From: Deltaproteobacteria bacterium
Lineage (GTDB): Bacteria; Myxococcota; Kuafuiibacteriia; Kuafuiibacteriales; Kuafuiibacteriaceae
Direction of reading: 5' to 3'
Length of the DNA: 64,000 bases
Assembly (NCBI GenBank): GCA_040218735.1
Contig: JAVJQW010000007.1
Span: forward strand, 1 to 64,000
The notes beneath the pieces were generated by a model. The model saw only the letters and a list, made by a program, of their open reading frames with translations, had not been told where the DNA came from and made no database searches. The position numbers and the translations under genes are program-made. The first letter of the stretch is position 1. The number at the start of each line of letters is the position of its first letter. This document shows, piece after piece, positions 28,307 to 38,721 of this stretch.

Positions 28307-28501
28307 TCAGCAGAAGTCGGAGCAGGAGTCGTAGTACCCGCAGCGCTGGCAGCTGAGCTTGCAGCGGCGGCGCAGCATGGGCCCACAGCCGTTGGGGCAG
28401 TGGAACGCACCCTCGGCCGCCGGCGGATCCGCCGGGGCCTCCACGTCTTCGGCCGGTGCGGTCTGAGGTTCGCGGGGGGCGGTCGACTCGGCGGCGGTCA
28501 T
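28307..28501 (-). CDS. Small Cys-rich zinc-finger microprotein
   Basis: 64 aa ending in CPNGCGPMLRRRCKLSCQRCGYYDSCSDFC; TAAGGT lies 8 nt upstream of the ATG. Confidence 0.75.
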   Translation of the reverse strand: MTAAESTAPREPQTAPAEDVEAPADPPAAEGAFHCPNGCGPMLRRRCKLSCQRCGYYDSCSDFC

Positions 28502-28564
28502 CGCGGCGCACCTTAGCGGGCGCGCGCGTCGGCGTCGATCGTTCCAAGGTACAGTCGCCACACC

Positions 28565-30736
28565 GTGCGGTGCGCTCTCATCGTGTTCGCCGTCGCGCTC
28601 GGCGGCTGCACCGAATCGGTCGTGACGCAGCTCGACCTCCTGGACGACACCGAGTCGGTGGTGTTCTCCCGCGACGGATGTGGCGGTGACGACCAGCGCG
28701 AGCTCCTCGCGCTGCCGACGGAGGGCCTGCGCTTCGACTTTGCGTACTGTGAGAACCAACAGGTCGCGCTGCACGAGTACGACGCCGCCCTCGACACCCT
28801 CTGTCTGCAAGAGGGCCGCCTGATCCCGTTCGACGGGGCGGACCAGCTCGCGATACCGCACCGAGCACAGTCCGGAGTCGTGATCGATGACGAGGTGCGG
28901 TGGATGAAGCTGGCCTCGGATGAACGTTCGATCACCGCACCGGTCGTTCCCCGGATCGACGTCCTTGCGTGCGCGTCGGCCGAGCGCTGTATCGGGGAAG
29001 GAGATGCGTGCGTCTGCACCCAAGCGTGTGCCACGCCCGAGCGGCCGCAGCTCGAGGAGGTCGCCCTCCCCAGCGCCGAGTGCCCAGCCGGGTGGCTCGC
29101 CGCGACGCCGAGACCACAACTCCGTGTGTGTCGCGCGTACGACGCGGCTGTCGATTGCCCCGCAGGTGAGGTTGCGCTCCCCGGTCGCGGTTGCGTCCGA
29201 CTTCGCTCGGCGTGCGCGGGCGATGGATGGCCCGCCGCGTCCGCCGATACTTTCGTACGCAGCGGAGCCACGGGCGGCGACGGTACTCGCGCAGCCCCCT
29301 ACGGCGATCTCGAAGCGGCGCTGAACGTGGTCCCGCCGGGAGGCGTCATCGCGCTGGCGTCCGGCACGTACACGCTGCCGAGTATCCAGGGTGGGCACTT
29401 CTCGTTGATCGGTGCCTGCGCCGACGAGGTCCTGCTCGAGATGGACGGAGCCCGCCAACTCGGTGCGAGCGCGCTCGAGATCGAAGACGTCACCCTGGTC
29501 CTCGGTGCCACGCTCAATGTCCTCGAGACGACGACTGCGACCCTGACCCGCGTCGTCGTCGAGGGGGGAGGCGGTATCAACGTTCGGGGGTACGCCATGG
29601 TGCAAGACGCCGAGCTGTCGAGTCTGCTTCGCGTCGTCGGAGCGGCGCGCGTCCGGGGCTCTTGGCTCACCGGCGGCGTCACGGTGCGCAGCGGCGCGCT
29701 CCAAGTGTCCGGCTCCAGCGTCGTCACGGACGACCGCGTTGCGCTCAGCTCGGGCCTCGCTTCCACGCTTCACCTCGACCACTCGCGTGTCGCGTCGAGC
29801 TCGATCGCGCTCCAAGCGATTCAGGGCGGTGAGCTCCGGGTCACTGCGTCCGAAATCGACGGCCCGACCAACGTCTTCACGGATTCCGCCGTCATCGAGC
29901 GCACGTACATGAGAGGGGGTGCGCAGGCCTCGACGCTCGGCCGCTGTAACTCCGACGTCGACGAGGCGCACCTGACGGACGTCGTGTTGGAGTCGACGAA
30001 CGAAGACATCGAGGCCCTCGTTGTCTTCTGCTCGGAGATGACACGTTTCAACCGCGTCGCAACCTTCGGTGGACGCGCTCTACGCGTCTCGGTCGCGAAC
30101 GTTCGGCTCCAGGATGTGCGGATCTTCGACTCGACATTACACGGGGTGCAACTACAGGGCTCGAAGAGCGCAAACCTGACCCGAGTGCACGTCTCCGACG
30201 TGGCGCGCGTCGGCGTCGCCGTCGACGACAACTGGGACAGCCGTCTCCAAGGGGGCTTTCACGAGATTCGCGGTCTGTTCGTCGAGCGCGCGACCGAGGC
30301 GGCCGTGCGCTTCGACGATTCGGAGGGTGTGTGGCTGAGCGACGTTCACATCGTCGAGGCCCGCGGAGACGGCATCGTCGTCGCACCCAACTCCGTGCAG
30401 GAATCGATGTGGCAGTTCGATCACGTCTTCATCGATGGAGCGGACGGCTCCGAGGCGTGCGAAGAGGCCGTCAACCGAGCTTGCGCAGGCGCGGGGATCC
30501 TCGTCGATGGCGACTTCGGAGACACGAGCGTCTACTTCGAATTCGAGGACCTGGAGGTCGCGAGCGCTCAGACCGCACTTCATATCCTCGGCATCCTCGA
30601 CCTCGCGATGACGCGGGTCCTCTTTCGTGGCAGTCGCGTGGGCGTCTACGCGCTGACGCCGAACGTCCCCGCGCGAACCTTCGTGACCGATGTAACCTAC
30701 CGCGACAACGAAACCACGATCATCTTTGGTGATTGA
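28565..30736 (+). CDS. Cys-rich lipoprotein with a right-handed beta-helix (pectin lyase-like) domain
   Basis: Lipobox 'LGGC', 'GDGTRAAPYGDLEAAL...ALASGTY' and repeated beta-helix rungs. Confidence 0.8.
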   Translation: MRCALIVFAVALGGCTESVVTQLDLLDDTESVVFSRDGCGGDDQRELLALPTEGLRFDFAYCENQQVALHEYDAALDTLCLQEGRLIPFDGADQLAIPHRAQSGVVIDDEVRWMKLASDERSITAPVVPRIDVLACASAERCIGEGDACVCTQACATPERPQLEEVALPSAECPAGWLAATPRPQLRVCRAYDAAVDCPAGEVALPGRGCVRLRSACAGDGWPAASADTFVRSGATGGDGTRAAPYGDLEAALNVVPPGGVIALASGTYTLPSIQGGHFSLIGACADEVLLEMDGARQLGASALEIEDVTLVLGATLNVLETTTATLTRVVVEGGGGINVRGYAMVQDAELSSLLRVVGAARVRGSWLTGGVTVRSGALQVSGSSVVTDDRVALSSGLASTLHLDHSRVASSSIALQAIQGGELRVTASEIDGPTNVFTDSAVIERTYMRGGAQASTLGRCNSDVDEAHLTDVVLESTNEDIEALVVFCSEMTRFNRVATFGGRALRVSVANVRLQDVRIFDSTLHGVQLQGSKSANLTRVHVSDVARVGVAVDDNWDSRLQGGFHEIRGLFVERATEAAVRFDDSEGVWLSDVHIVEARGDGIVVAPNSVQESMWQFDHVFIDGADGSEACEEAVNRACAGAGILVDGDFGDTSVYFEFEDLEVASAQTALHILGILDLAMTRVLFRGSRVGVYALTPNVPARTFVTDVTYRDNETTIIFGD

Positions 30737-30742
30737 TTCGGT

Positions 30743-32032
30743 TCATTCACCGTAGGCCACGTTGGTGAACGTCGAGTCGAACTCTTCGATACTCATCGTG
30801 AACACCCCGTCGTTCGTCCCGTCCGCCGCGTTGCCGTCCGCGTCGACGGGCTCCGTGCGGCCCCATGGGTTCCGCAGCGTGACGGTGTCGTTCTCCTCGT
30901 CGTAACCCACGACGCTGTACGCGTGTCCCATGGGGAGGCCGTCGCGGCGGCTGTCACCCCACGGTGCGTCTTTGTGGATGTGCGCGGTCACCGCTTCGTG
31001 GTTGTCGAAGGCGTTCCGCAGCTTGGTGCGGGTGGTGTCGAGTGACGTCGTCGAAAGGAAGTCGACGTCGGAACCGTCGGTGAGGTTCGAAACCGCGGTC
31101 CCCGGCAGCGCGCCGTCCCCAGCGTCGCCGGCGACGTCGGTATCACCCTCCAGCTCGCCGTAGGCCTTCTCGAGAACCGTCATCCACAAGCCGTTCTCGC
31201 CGGCCGTGGAGTAGCGCGCGATCTCCGCGTCGGTGGGCGCATCGACGGTGACCGATTCATCCGGGAAGGCGACCGTGTACGTGCCGTCGCCGTTGTCGGT
31301 GATCATGTCTTCGAGCCGGTTCCGATCCGCGTCGCCGTGGTCCTGTGCGGCGATCGAACCCGCCGCCGCGTTGAGATCACACGTCCCGACTCGGCCCTGG
31401 CGCATGTGTTCCGTCGAAGCCTCTCCGACGAAGAGATCTCGGGACGTCTCTCGGATGCGTCGCTGGCCATCGCGGTACGCAAACTCGGTGCTGCGCACGG
31501 TGTCGTCGTCGGTGCCGAGCCGGCTGTTGTACTCCGCGAGGTCGCGCAGGGTGACGCCGTCGTTCTCGTCCCCCCACTCGTCGTCCGACAACTCTTCGAT
31601 CTCGTCCTGGCGGTGGTGCAGCGCTGCCGCCGCTGCCGCGTCGCTCCCGGTGTTGTCGGAGTCGTTCACGGCGGCGGCGACCTCCGACTCCGAGAGGTGG
31701 CCGTTGTCGTCCGTGTCCCACGCGTCGAAGTTCTCGATCGCCCGATCCACGAATCGGTCCTCGCCCTCCACCGGCGCAGGCAACGGCTCCTCCGACGGCC
31801 CCCGCGACTCCAGCATCGCGTGCAGTCGGAACTGCTGCTGGGAAGCGGACGCGTCCGCGAGGTGCCGCTGACGCGCCGACTGTCGCGTGTCGTTTCCGAC
31901 GCGCGGCTCGGGCGCGGTCTCGCCGGGAGTGGCGGACGCTGGCGCGTCAGCCGTAGGTTCCTCGGTGAGCACGGCGTCGGGAGCCGTGGTCGTGACGGTG
32001 GGCTGCGTTTCGGCGCGGGCGGGTGCAATCAT
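30743..32032 (-). CDS. C2 family (calpain-like) cysteine protease with EF-hand
   Basis: 'QGRVGTC', 'LEKAY', 'GHAYSV', 'RNPWG' and EF-hand 'DTDDNGHLSESE'. Confidence 0.88.
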   Translation of the reverse strand: MIAPARAETQPTVTTTAPDAVLTEEPTADAPASATPGETAPEPRVGNDTRQSARQRHLADASASQQQFRLHAMLESRGPSEEPLPAPVEGEDRFVDRAIENFDAWDTDDNGHLSESEVAAAVNDSDNTGSDAAAAAALHHRQDEIEELSDDEWGDENDGVTLRDLAEYNSRLGTDDDTVRSTEFAYRDGQRRIRETSRDLFVGEASTEHMRQGRVGTCDLNAAAGSIAAQDHGDADRNRLEDMITDNGDGTYTVAFPDESVTVDAPTDAEIARYSTAGENGLWMTVLEKAYGELEGDTDVAGDAGDGALPGTAVSNLTDGSDVDFLSTTSLDTTRTKLRNAFDNHEAVTAHIHKDAPWGDSRRDGLPMGHAYSVVGYDEENDTVTLRNPWGRTEPVDADGNAADGTNDGVFTMSIEEFDSTFTNVAYGE

Positions 32033-32046
32033 CGCCCCTCGCCAAC

Positions 32047-32061
32047 GCACGAAGCGCGCCA
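32047..32061 (-). promoter_or_regulatory. Candidate sigma54 promoter of calpain 1
   Basis: TGGCGCG-CTTC-GTGC (GG-N10-GC), 14 nt before ATG 32032. Confidence 0.5.
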
Positions 32062-32147
32062 GCGCGTACGCGCTCCAGACCACGTCCGGCGGGTGACAAC
32101 TCGGGAGCCGCCTGGGGTTGACGAACTGTCAGGCGGTGGCGCTCGCG

Positions 32148-35045
32148 CTAGCGACCAATGAGGCTATCCACGAGCACGCGGAGGACCTGGACGTCGTACG
32201 GCTTCTCCAGCCGGTGGTGAGGGACGGAGCGCAGGAACGTCTGAACCCACGGCGTGAAGATCCCTCCCGTGAGGAAGATCGTCCGCTCGGCCAACTCGGG
32301 GTAGCGGCGCTGCACCTCTTCGAACAGCTCGACGCCGTTCGTGCCGGGCATCATGAGGTCGCAGATCAACACGTCGAACGGACCGTCCTCCTCCAGTCGA
32401 ACCAACGCCGTCTTGGCGTCCAGAGCCCCCACCACACTGTGACCCATCGCGAGCGCGCGTTCGGCGGAGCGAAGCACGATCGGCTCGTCGTCGACGACCA
32501 GCACTTTGCCTCGGCGCGCCTGCGCCACGACGGGCTCCGGCTCCGACGTCGGTGTCTCGGCGGAGGGCGCGAGCGGAAGTTTGACCCGGAACGTCGTCCC
32601 GCGCCCCAACTCACTTTCGAACGTCAGCTCCCCGTCCAACGACTTGACGATGCGTTGGCAGATGGAGAGGCCGAGCCCCGTTCCCACACCTGAGGGTTTC
32701 GTCGTGAAGAAGGGCGTGAAGATCCGCTTTCGAACCGACTCCGGAATACCTTCTCCCGTGTCGGTGACCTCCACGATGAGACGCTCGTCCTGCTCGAACG
32801 CCGATACCGTGATCGCGTTCTCCTCGTAGTGACCGCGCGGGATGGCATGAGCTGCGTTGATGACGAGGTTCAAGAAGACCTGACTCAGTCGCGCCTCGTT
32901 CCCATAGGCCGGCGGCACGCCGTCGTATCGTGTGACCACGCGCGCGCGCTGCCGCACCTCGTTGCGCGCGACACGCAGCGTCGAGTCGAGGAGACGAGGG
33001 ATGTCGACCGGCTCGCGTCGTTCCTTCTCGACCCTCGAGAACACCTTCAGGTCCCGAACGATGGTGCGAATCCGATCGCCCGCGTCACGGGCGTCGACGA
33101 GGGCCTCGACGATCTCCGGGGACACCGGTGCTTGCTCCGATATCCGCTCGAGCTCACCGACGGCGAGCTCGATGTTTACGATGAGCGCCTGCATCGGGTT
33201 GTTGATCTCGTGGGCGACGCCCGCCGCCAGCAGTCCGACCGAAGCCATTCGATCCGCAACGATGAGTTTAGCGTCGGTGGCCTTCTTCTCGGTCACGTCG
33301 CGCGCAATGACGACCACTCCGGCTCGTGAGTCCTCCTGCGCAACGGGCGCCATCTTGATCCAGTAGATGACTTCCTCGCCGTCGTCTCGGGCGTACGCCT
33401 CTTCCCAAGACTGAGCCTCGCCGGTCTCCACCACGGCCTGCAGGCGTTCTCGCATCTCGGCCGCCTCGTGCCCCACCTTCAGTCCGAGCAGATCACCGTC
33501 CTTCACGATGACTTCGTCCGGCGCGGAGGTCCGCGACACGTAGCGAACGAGCCCCTCGCGATCCACGAAGACCACGATGTCCGGGGCGTACTCGAGCACC
33601 GCGTCCAAGAAGGCGGTGCGCTCGCGCGCGACCTTCTCCGCACGCTTTCGCTCCTCGAACGCCGCCCCGAGCGCCAGGACTTGGGCGATCTGGTTGGCAA
33701 TTGCGCGCGTAAACGAGGACCACGTCGATCCCGAGAGCTCGCTGGTCCGCGAAAACATCGCGAGCACACCCAAGGCCTCGCCCACGTAAGTGAGGGGGAT
33801 GAGTAGAGCGCTACATGTTTCGCTGCGGCCGAGCACGTCCTCGGCGACCGCCGGATCGATGTCCTCGGAGGGGAGTTGAATGGACTGCCCCGTGCGAAAG
33901 CACCGTTCCACGAGCTCGGGGTGTCCGAACAGCGTGTCACATTCGTCGGCGTCCCATTCACGGGCGCCCACGATGGAACGAACCGACAGCGCGTCTCCTT
34001 CGCGTAGATAGAGCGCACCCAGCGAGATGCTCCCGGCGTCGAAGCACGCGGCGAGCGCCTCGTCGAGCGCGACGTCGAGCCCCCGCTGGCCGAGGACCAA
34101 CTCCGAAACGTTCGAGAGGATGGCCAGCTCCGCGGAGAGGGTCGTGCACCGCTGCGACAGGTGGCTGTTCAAGAGGACCTGCCGCTCCAGCTGGCTCACG
34201 ACGCGGTGGAGTCGGTCTTGATCGAGCGATGACTGCGACGGCGTCACATTCGGCGGGGGTGACCGCAAGGCGTCCTCGAGCGCGCGTAGCACCTGCGACA
34301 ACGAGGGCGTCCTCACGACGAGGTCGACGGCTCCCGAGTTCTTGGCGAGCTCGCGATCCGCATCTGCGGTGTAGCTCGAAGTCACCAGCAGCACCGGTAT
34401 CTTGCGGTGAGCGTCGCTCGACCGGATGGCGTAGGCCATCTCGAACCCATCACAGCGCGGCATCATCACGTCCGCGACCACGGCGTCGACATCGCGGTTC
34501 CGCACGATCGAGAGGCCCTCGGCGCCGTCGCTCGCGGTGAGCACGTCGAAGCCGACTTGCTCCATGCTGATCCTGAGGAGCTTCAGTTGAAGTGGGTCGT
34601 CGTCGACGACGAGGACCGTCTTGCCCGCCCCGAAGGGGCAGCCGTCCACGTTCCCCCGCAAGCGAGCATCGACGATCGATGCGAGCCGTCCTGGATCGAC
34701 CGGCTTGCCCACGACGTCGTCGAAGCCGGCCGCCGCCAGGCGCCCCTCCTCGAAGTTCGAAATCATGCTCGAGAACGCGATGATCGTGGTGTCCGCGCCG
34801 CCCTTCGAACGCAGCGGTGCGACGAGCTCGAATCCATCGAAGTCGGGGAGGATGAGATCGAGGAGCACGAGGCGAGGTTGGTGTTGCTCCATGAGACTCA
34901 GGCCGGTCGCGCCGTCGGGAGCCTCCAAGATGTGGTAGCCCTGCTCCGCGAGCGCGAACGCAACGAGCTTGCGGGTGGTCGAGCTGTCGTCGATGCAGAG
35001 GATCTCTCGAGCATCGCCTCGGTTGGAGTCTTCGGTGAGGCTCAT
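32148..35045 (-). CDS. Multi-receiver hybrid histidine kinase (REC-REC-GAF-PAS-HisKA-HATPase-REC)
   Basis: Three REC domains, H-box 'AHEINNP', 'NLVINA' and 'FFTTKPSGVGTGLGL'. Confidence 0.93.
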   Translation of the reverse strand: MSLTEDSNRGDAREILCIDDSSTTRKLVAFALAEQGYHILEAPDGATGLSLMEQHQPRLVLLDLILPDFDGFELVAPLRSKGGADTTIIAFSSMISNFEEGRLAAAGFDDVVGKPVDPGRLASIVDARLRGNVDGCPFGAGKTVLVVDDDPLQLKLLRISMEQVGFDVLTASDGAEGLSIVRNRDVDAVVADVMMPRCDGFEMAYAIRSSDAHRKIPVLLVTSSYTADADRELAKNSGAVDLVVRTPSLSQVLRALEDALRSPPPNVTPSQSSLDQDRLHRVVSQLERQVLLNSHLSQRCTTLSAELAILSNVSELVLGQRGLDVALDEALAACFDAGSISLGALYLREGDALSVRSIVGAREWDADECDTLFGHPELVERCFRTGQSIQLPSEDIDPAVAEDVLGRSETCSALLIPLTYVGEALGVLAMFSRTSELSGSTWSSFTRAIANQIAQVLALGAAFEERKRAEKVARERTAFLDAVLEYAPDIVVFVDREGLVRYVSRTSAPDEVIVKDGDLLGLKVGHEAAEMRERLQAVVETGEAQSWEEAYARDDGEEVIYWIKMAPVAQEDSRAGVVVIARDVTEKKATDAKLIVADRMASVGLLAAGVAHEINNPMQALIVNIELAVGELERISEQAPVSPEIVEALVDARDAGDRIRTIVRDLKVFSRVEKERREPVDIPRLLDSTLRVARNEVRQRARVVTRYDGVPPAYGNEARLSQVFLNLVINAAHAIPRGHYEENAITVSAFEQDERLIVEVTDTGEGIPESVRKRIFTPFFTTKPSGVGTGLGLSICQRIVKSLDGELTFESELGRGTTFRVKLPLAPSAETPTSEPEPVVAQARRGKVLVVDDEPIVLRSAERALAMGHSVVGALDAKTALVRLEEDGPFDVLICDLMMPGTNGVELFEEVQRRYPELAERTIFLTGGIFTPWVQTFLRSVPHHRLEKPYDVQVLRVLVDSLIGR

Positions 35046-35437
35046 CTCATTTCCTGTCGGGGTGAAACACAGTCGAGGAACTCCCCGACGACGTCCAGAA
35101 AGGTGTTCGTGTCGATCGGCTTCGATACATACCCATCGCACCCGGCGGCGAGCGCACGGTTTCGATCACCTTTCATCGCTCGCGCCGTGACCGCAACGAC
35201 GACGATGTCTTCGGTGGCGGGATCCGACTTGAGTTGACGCGCCAACTCGAGCCCGTCCGCGTCCGGTAGCTGCAAATCTAGCAGCAGCAGATCAGGCCTC
35301 CGCGCGGCGATCATCCGCTTGGTCTCACGTGCGTCGGTGGCTCCGCCGACATCGTACCCACCGAGCTTCAAGAGGTAGGCCACCAGCTTCAGGTTGGCAG
35401 GGTTGTCGTCGACGACGAGGATGTAGGGCGTACTCAC
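35042..35437 (-). CDS. Single-domain response regulator (DivK-like)
   Basis: 'ILVVDDN', 'LLDLQLPDADGLE' and 'VTARAMKGDR...AGCDGYVSKPI'. Confidence 0.92.
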   Translation of the reverse strand: MSTPYILVVDDNPANLKLVAYLLKLGGYDVGGATDARETKRMIAARRPDLLLLDLQLPDADGLELARQLKSDPATEDIVVVAVTARAMKGDRNRALAAGCDGYVSKPIDTNTFLDVVGEFLDCVSPRQEMR

Positions 35438-35438
35438 T

Positions 35439-36899
35439 TCAGAGCACCTCGAGGACCGACGACTCGACGCGTCGCGGGAAGACGGCAAAGAAGGTGCAAC
35501 CTCGGTCGGGGTTCGGCCGTACACCCACGTGTCCCCCTTGCGCCTCTACGATTCGTTTCGTGAAGGCGAGCCCGAGGCCCGTGCCCTGGCGCCGCCGTGA
35601 TCGTCCCGCACCAATCTGCTGGAACTCGGTGAAGAGTCTTCCCAGGTCCTTGGGGTCGATACCGTCGCCGTCGTCTTCGACCTCGATGCGAAACGCGTCC
35701 GGTCCTTCGGGGAGGCTGCGCACGATCACTTGTCCTTCGCGCGCGGCGAACTTCAGGGCGTTGGAGAGGAAGTTGTAGAGCACCTGCGTGAGGCGTACTG
35801 CGTCGACGTAGACGCGAGGCACCTCATCCGAGAGCTCCGTCCGGACGCGCACGCGTCGTTCGGTCTCGGACGAGCGGAGGATCATGACGACTTCTCTGAT
35901 TGCGTCCCGCAGGTCGAGCTCCTCCGGATGGAACTCCATTCGGCCAGCCTCGACTTTGGCCAGGTCGAGGATGTCGTTGATCAGTCGCAGAAGGTGTCGG
36001 CCGCTCGAGAGAATGTCCCCGAGGAACTCACGGTATTCGGGCGCGTCCGGCGCGACCTTGCCGCTGTGAAGCAGCTGCGAAAATCCGATCACCGCATTCA
36101 GCGGCGTCCGAAGCTCATGAGACATGTTGGCCAGGAACTCACTCTTCAGGCGGTTGATCTCGTGCATGCGGTGGTTCTCGGCCTCCAGCTCGTTGGCTCG
36201 CCGCCGGAGCTCCGTCGCCTTCCGGGCCTCCGTGACGTCGCGGAGGGAAGCGAGCGAAGCGGGCTCCGACTTCCACGTCATGGGTACGACGCGCATCTCA
36301 CACACCCGCTCGCCGTCGCGTCGCGGGACCCCGACCTCGGTGGTGGTGCGGTCCTTCACCGAGAAGGCCATCGTCTCTCCGAGGAGCGCGCAACGCTCGA
36401 CTCCGAATAGATCCACCGCGGCCTGGTTGACGTAGCGGACCGTCTTGTCGGTACCCACGACCAAGATCGCATCGGGTGTGGTTTCGAGCAGCGCGGCGAT
36501 CTCGGCGTGACGCGCTTCGGCGCGGTTGCGTTCCACCACGTACAAGACACACCGCGAGAACAGCCAGCTGTTCGCCTCCTCTTTGGACAGGACCTCGGCG
36601 GCACCCTCGGCCCGGAGCTCGTCGCGCAGGTCGGTCCTTGCGGCACCCGAGACGACGACCACGGGCACGTCCTGTGCGGCGGCGCGAACCCGTCGGAGTG
36701 TGTCGACACCGCGCGAGTCGGGGAGGTCGAGGTCGAGGAGGACCGCGTCGAACATCGAGCGTTTCAGCTGCTCGGTGGCGTCCGCGAGCGTTTGACTGAC
36801 ACACATGTCGACGACGGCGGCTGGCGACTCGTCGAGCCACTCCCGCGCCAGGTCGGCGTCACCCGGGTTGTCCTCGACGAGGAGAACGTGGAGGTTCAC
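35439..36899 (-). CDS. Hybrid histidine kinase (REC-PAS-HisKA-HATPase)
   Basis: 'LLVEDNPGDA', 'LLDLDLPDS', PAS 'PDAILVV', 'MSHELRTPLN', 'SNALKF' and 'GTGLGL'. Confidence 0.92.
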   Translation of the reverse strand: MNLHVLLVEDNPGDADLAREWLDESPAAVVDMCVSQTLADATEQLKRSMFDAVLLDLDLPDSRGVDTLRRVRAAAQDVPVVVVSGAARTDLRDELRAEGAAEVLSKEEANSWLFSRCVLYVVERNRAEARHAEIAALLETTPDAILVVGTDKTVRYVNQAAVDLFGVERCALLGETMAFSVKDRTTTEVGVPRRDGERVCEMRVVPMTWKSEPASLASLRDVTEARKATELRRRANELEAENHRMHEINRLKSEFLANMSHELRTPLNAVIGFSQLLHSGKVAPDAPEYREFLGDILSSGRHLLRLINDILDLAKVEAGRMEFHPEELDLRDAIREVVMILRSSETERRVRVRTELSDEVPRVYVDAVRLTQVLYNFLSNALKFAAREGQVIVRSLPEGPDAFRIEVEDDGDGIDPKDLGRLFTEFQQIGAGRSRRRQGTGLGLAFTKRIVEAQGGHVGVRPNPDRGCTFFAVFPRRVESSVLEVL

Positions 36900-36901
36900 G
36901 A

Positions 36902-38422
36902 CTACTCCTCCGGGTTGAAGAGTCCGCCGATCCGCGTCAGCTCGTCGAGTGCGACCTGTTGCGGGAAGCCAGAGAGGATCCCGGAGATGTTCCGGAACGG
37001 CTTGCCGATGTGCATGCCCTCTCCGTCGATCGTGAACTCTCGGATGTCCTTGTCGTGCATCGAGCCACGCATCTTCAGGACGGTGAGCCCGCGACGCATC
37101 TCCCCGAGCATCTCCACGTACCGCAGCAGGATGATGGAGTCCGTGATGGTCGAGATGTGCGCTTCGGTGACCGAGCTCCCGCCGAGCAACGTGGGCGTCG
37201 TGGCGGTGAAGAGCCCGCCGATCTCCTTGTGTTTGATGAACGACGTGATCCCGATGACGAACTCGCGATAGCCCTTGAGCGAAGAGACACGCTCCAGCGC
37301 GGAGAGGCTGTCCACGGCGATGCGGTTCGGCTTGAACTTGTCGATCGTCTTCTTGATGCGGATGAGGTGGTCCTCGAGCCCCATCGCTTCCGGGTACAGA
37401 CAGACGACCTCGAGGAGCCCGTCGCGTTCCATCTGCTCGAAGTCGACGCCCCACCCGGTCGCGTTGCGGAAGAGCTGATCGCGACTCTCTTCGAACGCAA
37501 AGAGCAGGCAGCGCTCACCCTTCGCGGCACCTCCCTCGATGAACTCCGTGCACATCAACGTCTTGCCGCAGCCGGTCGCGCCGGTGACGAGGATGATCGA
37601 GTCGCGAAAGAAACCGCCGCCGCACATCTTGTCGAGCTCGTCGTTTCCGGACTGGATGCGAATGTTCGAGGAACCCTGCTTCAGCTCCATGGCCGAGAGG
37701 GGGATGACGACGATGCCTTCCTGCGGAATCACCGTGAACGGATACTCACCTTTTTGGTGAGGCGTTCCGCGAAACTTGAGCGTCTCGATCGTTCGCCGTC
37801 GCTTCTCGTCCTCGAGGATGTTGCGAAGGACGACCACGTTGTCCGCGACGAACTCCTCGACGCCGAAGCGACTGATGTCTCCGTACTCATCCCGCCGCTC
37901 CGCAGTCATCACGGACGTGACGCCGAGCTGCTTGAGTGCACTCGCGATTCGGAAGAGCTCACGACGAACGATTGCGGCATCCGAGAACTGCGTGAAGATG
38001 GCGCCGAGTGAGTCGAGCGACACGCGCTTGGCGTTCGTGCGGCGAACCGCATGCTCGATGCGCGTCATCAGCGCCCCGAGGTCGTAGGCACCCGTCACGA
38101 CGATCTCCTCGGGTTGAGGTGATGCATCGACGAAGGCCCACATGCCCTCCGCCTCCCAGCTCGGGATGTCCCAGTCGAGCCCCAACATGTTGCGACGAAT
38201 GTCGCCCGGGGGCTCCTCGAAGGTGACGAACACGCCGGGTTCTCCGCGCTTGACGCCCTCCGCGAGGAACTGCGCCGCGAAGATGGTCTTCGCGCTACCT
38301 GCGGTCCCGGCCACCAGAGTGGTTCGTACTTCCGGCAGCCCTCCTTCGGTGATCAGGTCGAGGCCGGGGATGCCGGTCTCGAGCTTCTGAACGGGGGCAC
38401 GATCGATGGTGGAAGATTTCAT
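36902..38422 (-). CDS. kaiC: Circadian clock protein KaiC (double RecA-like domain)
   Basis: CI Walker A 'GTAGSAKT', CII Walker A 'GATGCGKT', catalytic 'FEE' in both halves, phosphosite context 'HISTITDS' and C-tail '[12 protein letters not shown]'. Confidence 0.97.
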   Translation of the reverse strand: MKSSTIDRAPVQKLETGIPGLDLITEGGLPEVRTTLVAGTAGSAKTIFAAQFLAEGVKRGEPGVFVTFEEPPGDIRRNMLGLDWDIPSWEAEGMWAFVDASPQPEEIVVTGAYDLGALMTRIEHAVRRTNAKRVSLDSLGAIFTQFSDAAIVRRELFRIASALKQLGVTSVMTAERRDEYGDISRFGVEEFVADNVVVLRNILEDEKRRRTIETLKFRGTPHQKGEYPFTVIPQEGIVVIPLSAMELKQGSSNIRIQSGNDELDKMCGGGFFRDSIILVTGATGCGKTLMCTEFIEGGAAKGERCLLFAFEESRDQLFRNATGWGVDFEQMERDGLLEVVCLYPEAMGLEDHLIRIKKTIDKFKPNRIAVDSLSALERVSSLKGYREFVIGITSFIKHKEIGGLFTATTPTLLGGSSVTEAHISTITDSIILLRYVEMLGEMRRGLTVLKMRGSMHDKDIREFTIDGEGMHIGKPFRNISGILSGFPQQVALDELTRIGGLFNPEE

Positions 38423-38721
38423 GAGCGCTCCTCGTATCCGCCCGTCGGGCTCGGCTGAAGGTCCAGGCCCAGCAGGACCTTCTCGGTGTCCGATAGGTCG
38501 CCGATGATTCGTCGCAGGGGTAGCGGGAGCGACTTGATGAGCGTCGGCGTCGCGAGGATCCGCTCGTCCTCCGCGAGCTGCGGCCGTTCGATGATGTCGA
38601 AGACCTGCATCTCGTACTTACCTTCGAGCTCGACGCGACAAATGCGCTCGAGGTTTTCGATCGCTCGTTCGGAACGCGGCGTATTACCGGTGATATAGAG
38701 TTTCAAGATGAACCGATTCAT
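38419..38721 (-). CDS. kaiB: Circadian clock protein KaiB
   Basis: '[15 protein letters not shown]', '[32 protein letters not shown]...VLLGLDL'; ATGA overlaps on both sides. Confidence 0.96.
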   Translation of the reverse strand: MNRFILKLYITGNTPRSERAIENLERICRVELEGKYEMQVFDIIERPQLAEDERILATPTLIKSLPLPLRRIIGDLSDTEKVLLGLDLQPSPTGGYEERS

